A stretch of DNA of 64,000 nt from an uncultured bacterium (GTDB taxonomy: Bacteria > Verrucomicrobiota > Verrucomicrobiia > Limisphaerales > UBA8199), in assembly GCA_963749495.1 (NCBI GenBank), contig CAVVMW010000001.1, positions 32,001-96,000 on the forward strand, in the 5' to 3' direction. Numbering within the stretch: the first letter of the stretch is position 1; each line of letters begins with the position of its first letter. The position numbers and the translations under genes were made by a program. The notes beneath the pieces are model-generated. The model ran no database searches. It was not told the origin of the DNA and saw nothing but the letters and a program-made list of their open reading frames with translations. Positions 45,401 through 56,574 of the stretch are shown here, one piece after another.

Positions 45401-45635
45401 GTAACACCTCATATTTTGCCGTCCCGCTAATTGAAAGCGTGATCTGATCACTGTCGTTGTAACCCTCGGCGAGGGCACTCCCGTAGCTAGCAGTGCCCGT
45501 GCCGTTGGCCGTCATGGTATAGCTTGCGGTGATCACGCCGACAGGATTCGTAGAGGCGAGGGCGGTAGAGAGTTGAAGGTTGAGGGTTGAGAGCAGCAAC
45601 ACGGCTGCGATTTGAATGAGATGCTTTGCTTTCAT
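39464..45635 (-). CDS. Large secreted/surface protein: PKD + beta-propeller (LYGTT..GG..GTVF) repeats + MBG + Ig domain; frameshift ~43325
   Basis: Signal peptide MKAKHLIQ; PKD (WSFGDG..PSHTY); LTVTAANASR MBG repeats; C-terminal IEASTDL..W..YRYYRA. Confidence 0.85.
39957..42845 (-). repeat. Three near-identical ~468-bp intragenic units (39957-40424, 40425-40892, 42378-42845)
   Basis: Unit ITWANPAPI..TNYT.SLVNGTLTVGQA repeated at DNA level. Confidence 0.85.
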
Positions 45636-46222
45636 GGATTTCCTGTCTGCAATTTTTTCAATGCGGATGGGCGCGGGTTGAACAGGGATTTCCTGGCGGA
45701 GGGCCGTTGTCCTGCTTGGGGAGCGCATCCGCCCCGGGCCTTGTCCGCCGCGCCCTCCTGCCGGACGCGCAAGGCCGGGAAAAACGGACCGGCGCGATGC
45801 CTGCCCGCCTGAAGCCGATCTCACCACTGCCACTGCCAATTTCATAACCCACTGGCGACCCAACAACATCGCGACGGTGCCGGCAAACCCTGACGGCCCA
45901 TCCCTGATTTCTGCTCGGTGACTACCTTATTTTATCACAAAGCCAGGAAGGAGTCGAGGAAATGTTTTTCGCGGGAGCGCTGGCTCTGGCAGCTACCGCG
46001 AAGGCTATGGCCGCGCCCGGCGCGGGCCGCTGCCACTCCTTTGGTCCCGCGCCATTAGGCTGCCGGGTGGTCGAAACATGGCCCGACCACCTGGACGACG
46101 GGCTGGGCGACCCGGCACAGCGGTTAGCCAGGCCGGAGTTGATGCTAAAGGCAACGGGGTCACATCTCAACAATTGACATTTTGGGCTTGGCCTTGCCTA
46201 CTGCTCCTGCTTTGATCGCGTC

Positions 46223-46420
46223 ATGGCACCCGCGTTGCGCATCGAGCGGCCCGGCGGTCGCTATCACGTCGCCGCGCGGGGCAACGAACGCAAGCCCATT
46301 TTCCGCCCGGATGCAGACCGTTTCCATTTTTTGGAGTTGCTGGCGGACCCGGGCGAGCGCCTCGGGGCCGGAATTCACGCCTGCGTCCTGAGGGACAATC
46401 ATTTTCACCTGCTTCCAATA
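46223..46420 (+). pseudogene. REP-associated / IS200-like Y1 (HUH) transposase 5' fragment
   Basis: LRIERPGGRYHVAARGNERKPIFR..D..FLELL..IHACVLRDNHFHLL; flanked by aacggggtca / tgaccccgtt. Confidence 0.75.
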
Positions 46421-46444
46421 TTGGGATATGACCCCGTTCTTGTT

Positions 46445-46960
46445 TCGTTGCCTATGGCTTTCTTTGAAAGCTGATAATGTTCGCATAGGTGTTCGACGGC
46501 GCATCCAATAAGTGGTCATCCTGGCCCTTGAAGAGTTTATCGAAGAAAGATACGAGGCAAGCACCCTTCGCCTGGCCTGCGAGCCGCGAGGCGGAACTCC
46601 AAGTGCCGGCGGGAGGCACCCACCCCGAGGGAAGATAGGGCCTTCGCTCTGTCTATACGGAAACAGCCAAGAAAGTAACAGGGAGAGATCCGGCGAAGGG
46701 ATTGAGATTCCAACATTTCAAGGAGGCGCTGGACCGAAGCACCCCGTCCGTCATAGTCAACAAGAATTCGAACGTGTCAATCGCATGTGGCTTCGAGGGC
46801 GACCCGACGTTGGCGGAGTCGAAAAGAAAGGATGGATTTGAAGGCAAGCCGACTTCGCGCGACCTGCAGATCCCGCAAGACTCCATTGACCGAAGGAGAA
46901 GATGCACAACAGCGCCGCCCCAAAGCGAATTCAAACCGCCGCGATCAGCTTGAACTTGGC
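46445..46960 (-). pseudogene. Possible decayed tyrosine recombinase C-terminus
   Basis: LLSWLFPYRQSEGPIFP..RRVLASYL..WMRRRTPMRTLSAFKE loosely resembles integrase box II; catalytic residues not intact. Confidence 0.3.
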
Positions 46961-47302
46961 CGCTCGCTTTGCTCCTAAGGCGAGGGTTGGAATCGAACGG
47001 ACGCATAAGGCTTGATGACGACGAGCGGTCAGTGCGGTGGAGTCTGAGGCTGCGTCACCGTTCGGGCTTCGGTCCCACCAGGGAAGGCCCACCCTCCCCG
47101 TCGTAATGAGCAAAGCTGAACCATATTGGACAAATCGGCACCCAGTTGAAATCCGCTTTTCCCGAGGCGTGAACAAGGTTAGAAATCATGCATGAAACGA
47201 AATCAAAGCCCAACCTCGCTATGCTCAGCCTCAACACACTTGAGACCGAAGGACCCTGTAAACTCAAGGGTTCTAAGCGTCATCCGCCAGGTACGGGCGG
47301 AT

Positions 47303-47969
47303 TTAAGATAACATCAGCAGGTTGTGGCCGCCGCTGGCCGCTATCTCCAGCGCCCGCTTGACCGACTCCTGGCCCTTCACGTCGGCAAAATCCATCTCGT
47401 CGTCGGGGGGCTTGCTCGAAGATGCGGGCCACGTCCACCGTCACGGGGGCGATTTGGACCTCCCCTTCCAGAAAGCCCACCGCCTCCCGCAGGTTCCGGA
47501 CCGGGATGACCTGCAGCCCGGCCACCACCGCCGCCTCGGCCGCGTTTTCGGCCGGAACCATCAGCCCGCCCGTGCCCTCCTCGCGCGCCCGCAGGGCTAT
47601 GGGCAGCACCCCCTTGACCGGGCGCACCCCGCCATCCAGGGCCAATTCCCCCACCATTATGAATTTGCCCAACTGGCCGGGCTCCATCTGCTCGCTGGCG
47701 GCCACCATGCCGACGGCAATGGGCAGATCGAAGCTCGGCCCCTCCTTCTTCACGTCGGCCGGCGCCAGGTTGATCGTCGTGCGGCCGAAGGTGAAAGAAA
47801 ACCCGGAATTGATGAGCGCGGTCATCACGCGGTCCCGCGACTCCTTCACCGCCGCATCCGGCAGGCCAACGATGATGATGATCGTGTCGCCATACCCGGC
47901 GTTCACCTCGACCTCGACCGGATACGCTTCGATGCCATTGACGGCCGCCGAACAGACCTTGGCCAACAT
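47303..47969 (-). pseudogene. comM: comM 5' fragment C (~220 codons) with promoter
   Basis: Near-identical to the intact 5' end; ends GGHNLLMLS*; homopolymer frameshift ~47405. Confidence 0.92.
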
Positions 47970-48172
47970 AGGGAGAGTTATGAGGCAGATTCGAGCAAAG
48001 GGCAATGCGGAAATGTGAGGTCCGGGCGCGCCGAGCCGCAGGATTGGAGTGAGGACCTGGTGCCGCCCCCCAAGACAGCATCGATGACGACCGGGGCAAG
48101 AGGGTGTCAGGACCGAGGCCCTTCGACTCCGATGGCATGCCTTGCGCCGGAGTCTCGAAGATGTCCTGAGGC

Positions 48173-48616
48173 CTAACCCGTTCTGAAAGAGAGGAGCTGG
48201 CCGATCGCTTTCTGCCGTTCATCGAACGTCAGGAAGACGCTGGCCCCGAGACACCATGCTGCGGAGAGGTGCCATAGGTCGAAGGCGGTGTGCCGCTTGC
48301 TCCAGCCGTGAGCCTCGCCCAGGGACCGAACCATGCCTGCCGAATCATCCAGGGGCAGGTTCCGCCTCATGAAGTCCCTCCCGTTCCAGGCGCGGTCAAA
48401 CCGGTTGATGATGCCGCGGGCAATGTGCGGGGCCAGCGGCGCGTCCCTCCGGTGAACAGCGGCCCTTACGGAAGCCGGTAGCTCAATTTGGTGCGCCTGG
48501 CACAGGACAAAATCCTCCCCGTCCCACTTTCCCGCAAGTTGCACCGCTGCCTTGTGGTTGGAATCGGCCTCATGGAACCAACTCACCAAAAAACTCGTGT
48601 CGCAGTAAACAATCAC
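48173..48616 (-). CDS. vapC: VapC/PIN toxin
   Basis: IVYCDTSFLVS..FDLWHLSAAWCLGASVFLTFDERQ. Confidence 0.85.
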   Translation of the reverse strand: MIVYCDTSFLVSWFHEADSNHKAAVQLAGKWDGEDFVLCQAHQIELPASVRAAVHRRDAPLAPHIARGIINRFDRAWNGRDFMRRNLPLDDSAGMVRSLGEAHGWSKRHTAFDLWHLSAAWCLGASVFLTFDERQKAIGQLLSFRTG

Positions 48617-48855
48617 TCGCGTTCCTCCACAATCAGGCGCGCCAAGTCCGTTGGCATCCGTCTCCCGGGAATCGGGACCTCCTCGATCAACTTATCCACG
48701 GCCGCAACCATGCTCTTGGGCGCCGCATCCACCCGCTTGAGTTCGAACAATTTGCCGCTCTTCTTTTCGATAATGACTGCCTCGCCTGGGCCGAGTTGTT
48801 CCTCCGGAGCTCCCCGCCTAAGGTCCCTTCCGGTGATCGTTTTTCGCGTCTTCAT
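48613..48855 (-). CDS. Antitoxin (Phd-like)
   Basis: MKTRKTITGRDLRRG..GEAVIIEKKSGKLFEL..LIVEERE; GTGA overlap with vapC. Confidence 0.75.
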   Translation of the reverse strand: MKTRKTITGRDLRRGAPEEQLGPGEAVIIEKKSGKLFELKRVDAAPKSMVAAVDKLIEEVPIPGRRMPTDLARLIVEERE

Positions 48856-49103
48856 ACCGATGTCAGTTAGGATAGTGCTGACATGAGGTAATTGCAAGAC
48901 CCTTCCGCAACCGGCCGCTTCCGACGTTCGACCGCCACCGGGGCGTTCTCCCCCGGGCCGGCCCTCTGGCCTTGGCCCGAGAGCCCTTCCGGAAAACCAC
49001 CGTCGCTGGGACATCTCGCCCCAGTTTGCCGCGCGCGGGGCGCCCGCCACGACGTTCCGGACATGCTCTGAACTCAGGAGCGCAAGGCCGCGGGCCGATG
49101 GAT

Positions 49104-49334
49104 GCTCGGCCCCTCCTTCTTCACGTCCGCCGGCGCCAGATTGATCGTCGTCCGGCCAAAAGTGAACGAAAACCCGGAGTTGATGAGCGCCGTCATCACG
49201 CGGTCCCGCGACTCCTTCACCGCCGCGTCCGGCAGGCCGACGATGACGATAGTGGTGTCCCCATACCCGGCGTTCACCTCGACCGGGTAGGCTTCAATGC
49301 CGTTGACGGCCGCCGAACAGACCTTGGCCAACAT
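49104..49334 (-). pseudogene. comM: comM 5' fragment B (~77 codons) with promoter
   Basis: [52 protein letters not shown] then unrelated sequence. Confidence 0.9.
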
Positions 49335-49402
49335 GGAAGAAAGTGTGGAGCACTCCTGGGAAAAAGGCAAACCAGAGCCGCTGCTGAAGCCCGCTCGATA
49401 TA

Positions 49403-49588
49403 CTATGGCTCCCGGACTTCCAGATCGCGACAGATCTTCCTGGCGAGGATGTCCTGAATCTCGCTGTGCCGTGGCACGGCGCTACGCCAGTCCCGGACGG
49501 GATTGTGCCACCACGAATGGCGGCTTCGCTCACGGAGCCGGATGCAGCCCTCGGCCATGAGATGCCGGATAAGCTCCCGTCGCTTCAC
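49403..49588 (-). CDS. hicA: HicA-family toxin
   Basis: KRRELIRHLMAEGCIRLRERSRHSWWHNP..AVPRHSEIQDILARKICRDLEV. Confidence 0.88.
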   Translation of the reverse strand: MKRRELIRHLMAEGCIRLRERSRHSWWHNPVRDWRSAVPRHSEIQDILARKICRDLEVREP

Positions 49589-49800
49589 AGCGCCAAGGGC
49601 TCTTCAACATAATCGGGCTCGGCGGCCCGCCGGGCGTCCTCCCGGTTGAACTCAATGGCCTCGCACAGGGCCTCTCTCAAGGAATGGAGCAATTCCTCTT
49701 TGGTTCGTTCCTGGGCGTTAACGCCAGGGACCTCCTGCACCCATCCGATCCACCGGTTGCCTGCACGCTTGACCAAGGCTGTATATCCGCCTGCTGACAT
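49585..49800 (-). CDS. hicB: HicB-family antitoxin
   Basis: YTALVKRAGNRWIGWVQEVPGVNAQERTKEELL. Confidence 0.88.
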   Translation of the reverse strand: MSAGGYTALVKRAGNRWIGWVQEVPGVNAQERTKEELLHSLREALCEAIEFNREDARRAAEPDYVEEPLAL

Positions 49801-49859
49801 GGCAGAAAGTTACCGAATGGCCCGCCCACGTGCAACACCCAAACCGCCGAAACGGGGGC

Positions 49860-51661
49860 TTACTGCCCAGCGATACGGTAGAACCGGGCCGGCCTGTCCA
49901 AGGGCAAAGTGACCGGTGGGACAGCGTTCGTCAGGAAGTCCGTCCAATCGCCCGCGGCCAGGTCAGTCGCGCGCTGCACGCGGTAGGGCGGTCCGCCGCC
50001 AGTCCAGTTGAGGAGCGCACTCGTTCCTTGCAGCGCCAAGGCCGCCCGAATGGGGTAGCAAACAACCATCAGCGTCTCGTTGAAGGTGGTGTTGCCGCCG
50101 TAGGCGGGCGCCCAACTGGTCGTAACGCCGACCACCTCGACCACGTTGGTTTTGTTGGCCACCAACGGGATGCTCTGCACGCTCCAGGCGTTGGTGCCCG
50201 CGGCGAGGCCCTTGGCGTTGTTGGCAAGGTGGGTCCACGTGACGCTGGTGACGTTCTGGTCCAAGGCCAGGGCCGAACCTGAGAGACTGAGGTTCGTTGC
50301 GCCGGTGGGCCAGACGGCCTGTGCAGCCGGGTTGGTAATGCTGAGCAGCGGCTGCGCGGTCGAGGGCACGCCGCGTCGTTGGGCGAGGATCCAATCCACG
50401 ATGGCCCGAGTAAAGAAGCCCATGACGATGCCGGCGCCGTGCGTATCATAAGTGGTTCCGGTGGTGCTGTCGGTGTAGGCGCCGGCAGCGTACTCGGTGT
50501 AGCGCACATTGCCTCCGGCCAGTCGAAGGGCGCGCACCGCCTGTTGGGTGCTGGCCAATTCGCCAGCGGCGTCATCCTCCGCGCACCAAGCCCAAACCGG
50601 GACATCTTTGACGGCGGCGGCGGGACGGGTCTCTTGCCAGCCCGCCGTCAGCGTTGCTCCGGCGAAGCAGCCCGGTCTCATCGCGATCATGTCCCAGGCG
50701 GCATAGAGCCCCTCCGAGGCTCCAGTGACGTAGATTCGGTTGGTGTTCACGTTGAACCGGGTGAGAAACTGGTCAAGCAGAGCCGAGACTTGGCGCAGAT
50801 ACGCGTCAGTCCAGGACTCGTCTCCCGCGCGGCGCGTCGGCCAGAGTTGAATCACCGGGTCCGGCGGCTGCCGGCAATGGGAGGTCATGAGCATGTAGCC
50901 CGGGCCGTTGGTAATGAAGGGGAAAGCCATGGTTTCGTCACCTGGCGTTCCGTGAAACGACAACCACAATGGGTAATAGCGTCCTGCGTCGTAGTTTGTC
51001 GGCAGGACGTAACAGTAGGGGAGGCGACCCAGATTGTTGGTGAAGTTGGTTTTGACGACCCCGGAAGCCGGCGGCACGACCCAGAGGCGTGCGGGTGCGC
51101 TGGTCACCGCGCCCGCCAGGTTCGTGACCACCACGGTGTAGTCGCCTTCATCGCCGGTTGGACGGCACTGAAGTGGAGAATGGGGTTGGTCTGGAGCGCG
51201 AGTTCCTGGCCGTCTAGCCGCCATTGATAGGCAAAGGGTGCCATCCCGGAGGCGCTGACGGCAAAGGATGCCGCAGTGCCGATGCGCGCCACCTGATGCT
51301 GGAGCGAGGTGGTGGGGGTGATGCGCGGCGGAACGACCACCGTCAGGTGCGCCAGGGCGCTGGTGACGGCGCCGTCCGCATTGGCTATGACAACGCGGTA
51401 GTCGCCGGCGCTGCCGGGCTGCACATTGGTCAGGCAGAAGTTGGTGGCGGTGCCGCCTGTAAGGTCCCACCACCTGACGCTGAGTTTCTGCCACTGGTAA
51501 GCCAGGGGCGGCGTGCCGGTGGCCGTGACTCAGAAAGCCGCGGTCGTGCCGGCAACGTTCGTCTGCGACTGCGGCTGTTGGGTGATGACGGGCTGGCCGA
51601 GGCCAAGGCCCGCGGCGGCCAGGAGGAGCCCGGCCGTAATGAGGTGGAATTCAGTTTTCAT
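49860..51661 (-). CDS. Secreted Ig-domain + alpha/beta hydrolase (esterase/peptidase-like) protein; frameshifts near 51530-51400 and 51155
   Basis: QPVITQQPQSQT Ig repeats; YPLWLSFHG; RIYVTGASEG nucleophile elbow; VPVWAW..DD. Confidence 0.75.
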
Positions 51662-51677
51662 AGTTATCGGTTCTCAG

Positions 51678-51746
51678 AACCACGGATGCCACAGATGACA
51701 CGGATGGGTGCCCTGCTCATCCGTGAGATCCGTGAAATCCGTGGTT
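51678..51746. repeat. Inverted trimeric repeat (family also at ~29504-29576, 35702-35840, 37528-37560)
   Basis: aaccacggatgccacagatgacacggat / atccgtgagatccgtgaaatccgtggtt. Confidence 0.7.
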
Positions 51747-52065
51747 TATGTGGTTTGTGCGACTCGATGCCTAGCCCGTGGGCCTATTCCGGCGCCAGAT
51801 CAGGGCCAGACATTGTCGTTGCTGGTGGTGGCGTGGTTCTTGGCGATGACGGTCGTGCTATCGTAGGTGAAGGTGCCTTGGTAATTAGAGCCTGTCCCAA
51901 AAGGGCGAGTTTTGGCAGTGCCATTACATTCGCTGATCCATGACGGCGCCACCATCAAACAAAGTGGACTGGGATCATCTCTTCCCTCCGTATTTGCGCA
52001 AAACCGGTCGCGCCGGTACACACCACGTCCCCGGTCTTGTGTTTGGAAAATCGGCCGGGCGGCCC

Positions 52066-53559
52066 TCAGGCCGCCCGGCGGGCAGCTTCGGCTTTCTCCA
52101 ATCGCGGCAGCCGCGCTAGCACCCACAGGTTGTGCACCAACACCGTCCAGGTCACGGTCAACTCCCGGTGTTCAAAGCCTTTGCAGCGCATCCGCCCACC
52201 CAGGAAGACATTCTTCACAATGCCGATGCGGCCTTCGGTTTGCGCCCGGCGCCGCTGCATGCGCTTGAATTTCCAGGAACGGTTCCGCTGTCGGAGCTGC
52301 CCGGGTGAACGGGGACAGATCGCGTTGAAGATCTTTTCTTCGTTCAAACCGAAGCGGTTGAGTTCGCTATCGAACCCCCGGTCACCCCCCAGCGCCTTGG
52401 GGCCTGGCGCATAGGCTTCTTGCATGCGTCCCACTGTGCGCGGCAACAGGGCGGCGTCGGCCGGAGCACTCTCGCGGAACAACTCCCAATCCAGGATCAA
52501 GCCTTGGGGATTCTCGGCTAGAAAGAGGGTGTTGCCGAACTCCACTTCGGCCCCGGCTTTTTTGCGCACAACGACGTGGACGTCCGCTTCATAGAGGCTG
52601 AGGATCTTTTCTTCATTGGGCACGAGTTGGCCCTTCAAGATGCGCTGGCGGGCCTGTTGGCGGGCCTTGGGCAATTGCTCCAGGAACCTGGTCCATGCGC
52701 CCGAGCACCTGCTCAGCTTGGGGGCGAGTCCACTGGGTTTGCTCCCAGTGCGTGTCGAGCAACTCCCGGTAGCGGCGGGCGTGATGGCGGACCGTGCCGA
52801 CCAGGCGGTCCATTTGCCGGAGGGTTTGTTTGCGTAGGCGCCGGCTCTGCACTTGATCCTGCCGGCGCCAGGCATGGGTCATTTTAATGCACAGCCCATT
52901 GATGCGGCTGATGAAGCTCTCCGGCTCCTCCATGCGGTGCTTGACCCCTGGTCGCGGATGAGCCGGACCGAGCCCATCAAGGTGCGGGTGGCATCGCGCA
53001 GCAGCACCCAGTCCACGGGGTAATGGATGTGGGCGCACAGGCAGGTGGAGTCCAGATAGGCGCTTTCCAAATCCAGCGGCTGGGCCAAGTCCAGTCGCTC
53101 CGGCGCCTGGGCACCCTGGACCAGGAGCTTGTGGATCAACTCCCGCACCTCGGCTTCCGGCCACCAGGTGAAGTAGCGTTGGAGGGTGCTTTTGCTGGGC
53201 ACGACCACGCGGTCAACCTCGCTGATGCCGCAGAAGTACTGCAAGAGAGGACTGTCGGCGAGGCGGGCGGCAAAGCGGCGGTAGTGCTCTTTGAGGAGGA
53301 GCCGGGCGGTATTGCAGCGCAGGGCGCGCCGGGCGTGGAACTGGTGCTTTTGTTGGGCCTTGGCGCTGACGCGCTTTTGGCCGGCCAGCCAGCGTTGGAG
53401 GTCCGCCTCGAGCATCTGCGTTTCCAAGGGGCTCTGCACCAGCAGGCCGTCAATGCGCAGGAGTTGGTCGCGCAAGTCGCGGTAATCAACATTGCCCTCG
53501 ATGGTGGGCAGGATTTGGGGCAGTGGCAGTTCGAACGGAATGATATTGGCAGCCGGCAT
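52066..53559 (-). CDS. DDE transposase (IS5/ISNCY-like), two frameshifts (~52945, ~52690)
   Basis: LDSTCL..IHYPVDWVLL; KILSLYE..KKAGAEVEFG; GDRGF; RRAQTEGRIG. Confidence 0.85.
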
Positions 53560-53610
53560 GAGGCTAGATTATACTCTAGCCCACAAAAGGCAAGAACTAT
53601 TTTGCAAAAA

Positions 53611-53829
53611 ATGCAAGCAACCTATCCATTGAAAATCCAGGAGATGCGTTCCAAGGGAAAACAGCCCCGATTTTATGTCAGCTTTCCATTGGCCCTAGCC
53701 GCGGCGATTGGTCTGGAAGGCGGTGAACGCGTCCAATGGGAACTGCTGGACCGTGGCGAACTCCATTTGGTTCGGCCCAACGGGCCCGCGCCCACCACCC
53801 GCCGGCGGGCCTCGACAAAGCCATTATAG
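53611..53829 (+). CDS. Small AbrB/MazE-like accessory ORF inside the IS
   Basis: YPLKIQEMRSKGKQPRFYVSFPLALAAAIGLEGGERVQWELL; homolog of 22994-23215. Confidence 0.75.
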   Translation: MQATYPLKIQEMRSKGKQPRFYVSFPLALAAAIGLEGGERVQWELLDRGELHLVRPNGPAPTTRRRASTKPL

Positions 53830-55655
53830 CGGGCCTTTTCAGTGTCGCCGTGCCGATTCCTGCGGGTTTAAATCAGGCCCGCATCGATCCCAGCCCCGCT
53901 CCGCAAGGCCTTCCTCTATTGGGACAGGCTCTAATTATACACGCCGCCGCCGAAGCCCTGGCCTCCTGGGTGGCCGCCTATGGCCAGGTTGTCGGTGACG
54001 GTCGCGCCCGTGAGGACCAGCGAGCCTTGGAAGGTTTGGAGGCCGCCGCCCTGGCCGCCGCCACCGGCGCCCCCAGCGCTCCCAGTGCCGCCTTGAGCGA
54101 GGTTGTGCGCCACGGTAGTGCTGATGACGGTGAGCGTGGCCCCGCCACCGCTGCGGAGTCCACCGCCCGCGCCACCGACGCCGTTGCCGCCAAGCCCCCC
54201 TGGGCCGCCCAGCGCCGAGTTGTATTCGACCGTGCAGTTGTTGACTGTGACGTTCTGCCCCTCGACGTCGAGGCCGCCGCCCAGACCGGGGCCACCGGCA
54301 ACGCCCGGAGCTCCGGCGCCGCCGAGGGCATCGTTATGGTCCAGGGTGCAGCCGCTGATGGTGCCGGGCCCATTGAACTGGACGGCGCCGCCCCACACCA
54401 TGCCGCCCAGACTCAGGACGGGGTCGAGGTTGCCATTGCCACCGATGGCTTGGTTGTGGTCGAACCGGCTGTCACGGACCTCCAGCAACGATGGGCCAGA
54501 CGCGCTTTCGGTGTAAACAGCGCCGCCGTTGGCGTTGCCGCTCAAAAGGCCGCTGTTGTCGTTGCCGCCAATGGCCTGGTTATGGCTGAACGTGCTGCCG
54601 GTGATGCTCAGGGTGCCAGTGTTGTCGGTGGCCCCACCGTAACCCTTGCCGGCAACGAAGCTGTCGCTATTGCCGCAGCCACTGCCACCCTGGCTGACGT
54701 TGCCGGTGAACTGACTTCCGGTGACGTGCATCTCACCCAAGGTGTTCACGAGGGCGCCCCCAGCCCCAATGCCGGGCGCAACCGGACCACTGCTGCCGTC
54801 GCCGCCCCGGGCCAGGTTGCCGGTGAACTGACAAGCGGTGACCTGCAGCTTGCCGAAGTTGCCGACTCCGCCGCCCGCTCCGAGACCAGGCAGGCTCAAC
54901 GGACTCTCGCTGGCGTCGCCGAAGGCCCGGTTGTCGGAAACCACATCATTGGAGAGAGTCAGGTCGGCGAAGTTCAGGATCCCGCCGCCGAAGCTGGCGA
55001 TCATGGGCGCGTTGCCGTCGGCCAGACCGTCGGCGATCGTCACCCCGGCGATGGTCACGTTGGGTTGCGACGGCAGGGAGGGGTCCCCGACAACGAAGAC
55101 CCGGCTGGCATGGTTGCCGCTGATCGTCAGGCCCTCAGAGTCTCCGCCGTCGTGCCCCTTGCCCTCGTCCCGGTCTCGCCTGCAGGGACCGGGACCCTCG
55201 ATGTCCAGGTCTTTGTTTATCGTTAGCGCGCCACTGCTCAGCGTGATGGTCCCCTTGACCTGGAACGTGATCTTGTCACCTGCCGCGGCGTTAGCGATGG
55301 CCTCGCGCAAAGAGCCGTGGCCCTTGTCTTTAAGGCTGGTCACCGTGAGGGTGGCCGCACGCGCGCCGCTGGCGCCGGTCAGCGCGGCCAGGGCAAGGGC
55401 GCAAACTGCAACGGATGTAATCCCTCGCAGCAATGTTGATTTCTTCATAGTTACTAACCTTTCTGTTGTTTTGTTGTTTCTCTTTCCGCCACCCTTCGTG
55501 GGTGGCGAAATCCGTCGGTGCCAGACAACACTCCATGCGTGAGGGCCAAAGGCCCCTTTTCTTGGGAGTGAATTTCGCTCCGCGCACTTGGCCAAGGCGC
55601 AGCGCCTCAGCCCGAAATTAAAAACTTAGAGCGGCATAGGTTCCACAGCTTCCGC

Positions 55656-56537
55656 TCACGGGATCGGCAGCTTCTGGGGAACCCCCGTGAAGAATCGGCT
55701 GAAGTCCCGGTCCGTGCCGGTCACGGCAGGGTAGACCTGGCCAAAGGTGAGATGGCTGGCGATTCGCAGCGTATTGGCTTCACGCCAGCGCCAGGCCTCG
55801 GCATGACCGTCAGCGAAGCTGACCGTGCCCGCGTTGTTGTGGCGGGTGCCGGGGAACTCCCACCAGGTCCACGACGGCCACCACCCGGCCTGCCATACGC
55901 TGGGGGCGTTGATCCCGAAGACTTCGTCATCGATGCCCTTCTCGATCTGGTCCACGAAAACCAAGGCCTGCCCCGGACCGGGGTCCCGGATCTGGCCCAG
56001 GGAGTGCCAGAAGTTGGGGTAAGCGGGGTTAGCCCGGTCCGGCGTATGGTTCATGAAGCAGGACATCGAAACGCTGCGGGTGCGCGGGATTTTCCCCTGG
56101 TCCTGCACGGTGGACGTGTCGGCGGGGCAGCGGTAAATGCTGAGCGACCGGTTGTAGGAGAAGAGGGCGCCGCGCTGGATGTTGGTCGGCGTGTTGTCGG
56201 CCCAGGCATTGCCACAGACCCAGGCGCCGTCCCGGGCCTGCCAACTGCCTTGGTTCAGCGAGCCATTAGCGTCCCAGGAGTCGTTGCTGACCAGGCGGTC
56301 GGCGTTCTCCTCGCTGTACATCTGCCAGCAAAGGCCCAGTTGCTTCAGGTTGTTCCGACAGCCGACCGACTTCGCCGTGGACTTCGCTTTGCCCAGCACC
56401 GGCAACAGCAGCGACGCCAGGATGGCGATGATGGCGATCACCACCAGCAACTCGATCAAGGTGAAGCCTGCGCGCGGTGGGGCCTTGGGTAAAGGCGATC
56501 CTCCCGGCTGTGCTTGGTGGTTTCTGCGGGTTGTCAT
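55656..56537 (-). CDS. Prepilin N-terminal methylation + H-X9-DG domain protein
   Basis: [39 protein letters not shown]. Confidence 0.9.
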   Translation of the reverse strand: MTTRRNHQAQPGGSPLPKAPPRAGFTLIELLVVIAIIAILASLLLPVLGKAKSTAKSVGCRNNLKQLGLCWQMYSEENADRLVSNDSWDANGSLNQGSWQARDGAWVCGNAWADNTPTNIQRGALFSYNRSLSIYRCPADTSTVQDQGKIPRTRSVSMSCFMNHTPDRANPAYPNFWHSLGQIRDPGPGQALVFVDQIEKGIDDEVFGINAPSVWQAGWWPSWTWWEFPGTRHNNAGTVSFADGHAEAWRWREANTLRIASHLTFGQVYPAVTGTDRDFSRFFTGVPQKLPIP

Positions 56538-56574
56538 GGGTTGAATTCGGTTGCCTCCGGTGGCGACTGACTCT

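Larger units (their letters stand above)
51888..53931 (-). mobile_element. IS5/ISNCY-like insertion sequence
   Basis: TIR gagcctgtcccaa / ttgggacaggctc; 6-bp TSD TAATTA (51882-51887, 53932-53937). Confidence 0.9.
51800..55448 (-). pseudogene. Gly-rich secreted beta-helix-like surface protein interrupted near its 3' end by an IS
   Basis: TVTSLKDKGHGSLREAIANA; repeated GGG..N / FTGN.A.GG; ..GGGVYN|YQGTFTYDSTT.. rejoins after IS removal. Confidence 0.8.

Noticed and set aside
55480..55600. Hairpin upstream of the Gly-rich gene as a riboswitch
   Set aside because: Only a simple stem (ccgccacc..ggtggcg); no aptamer consensus recognised
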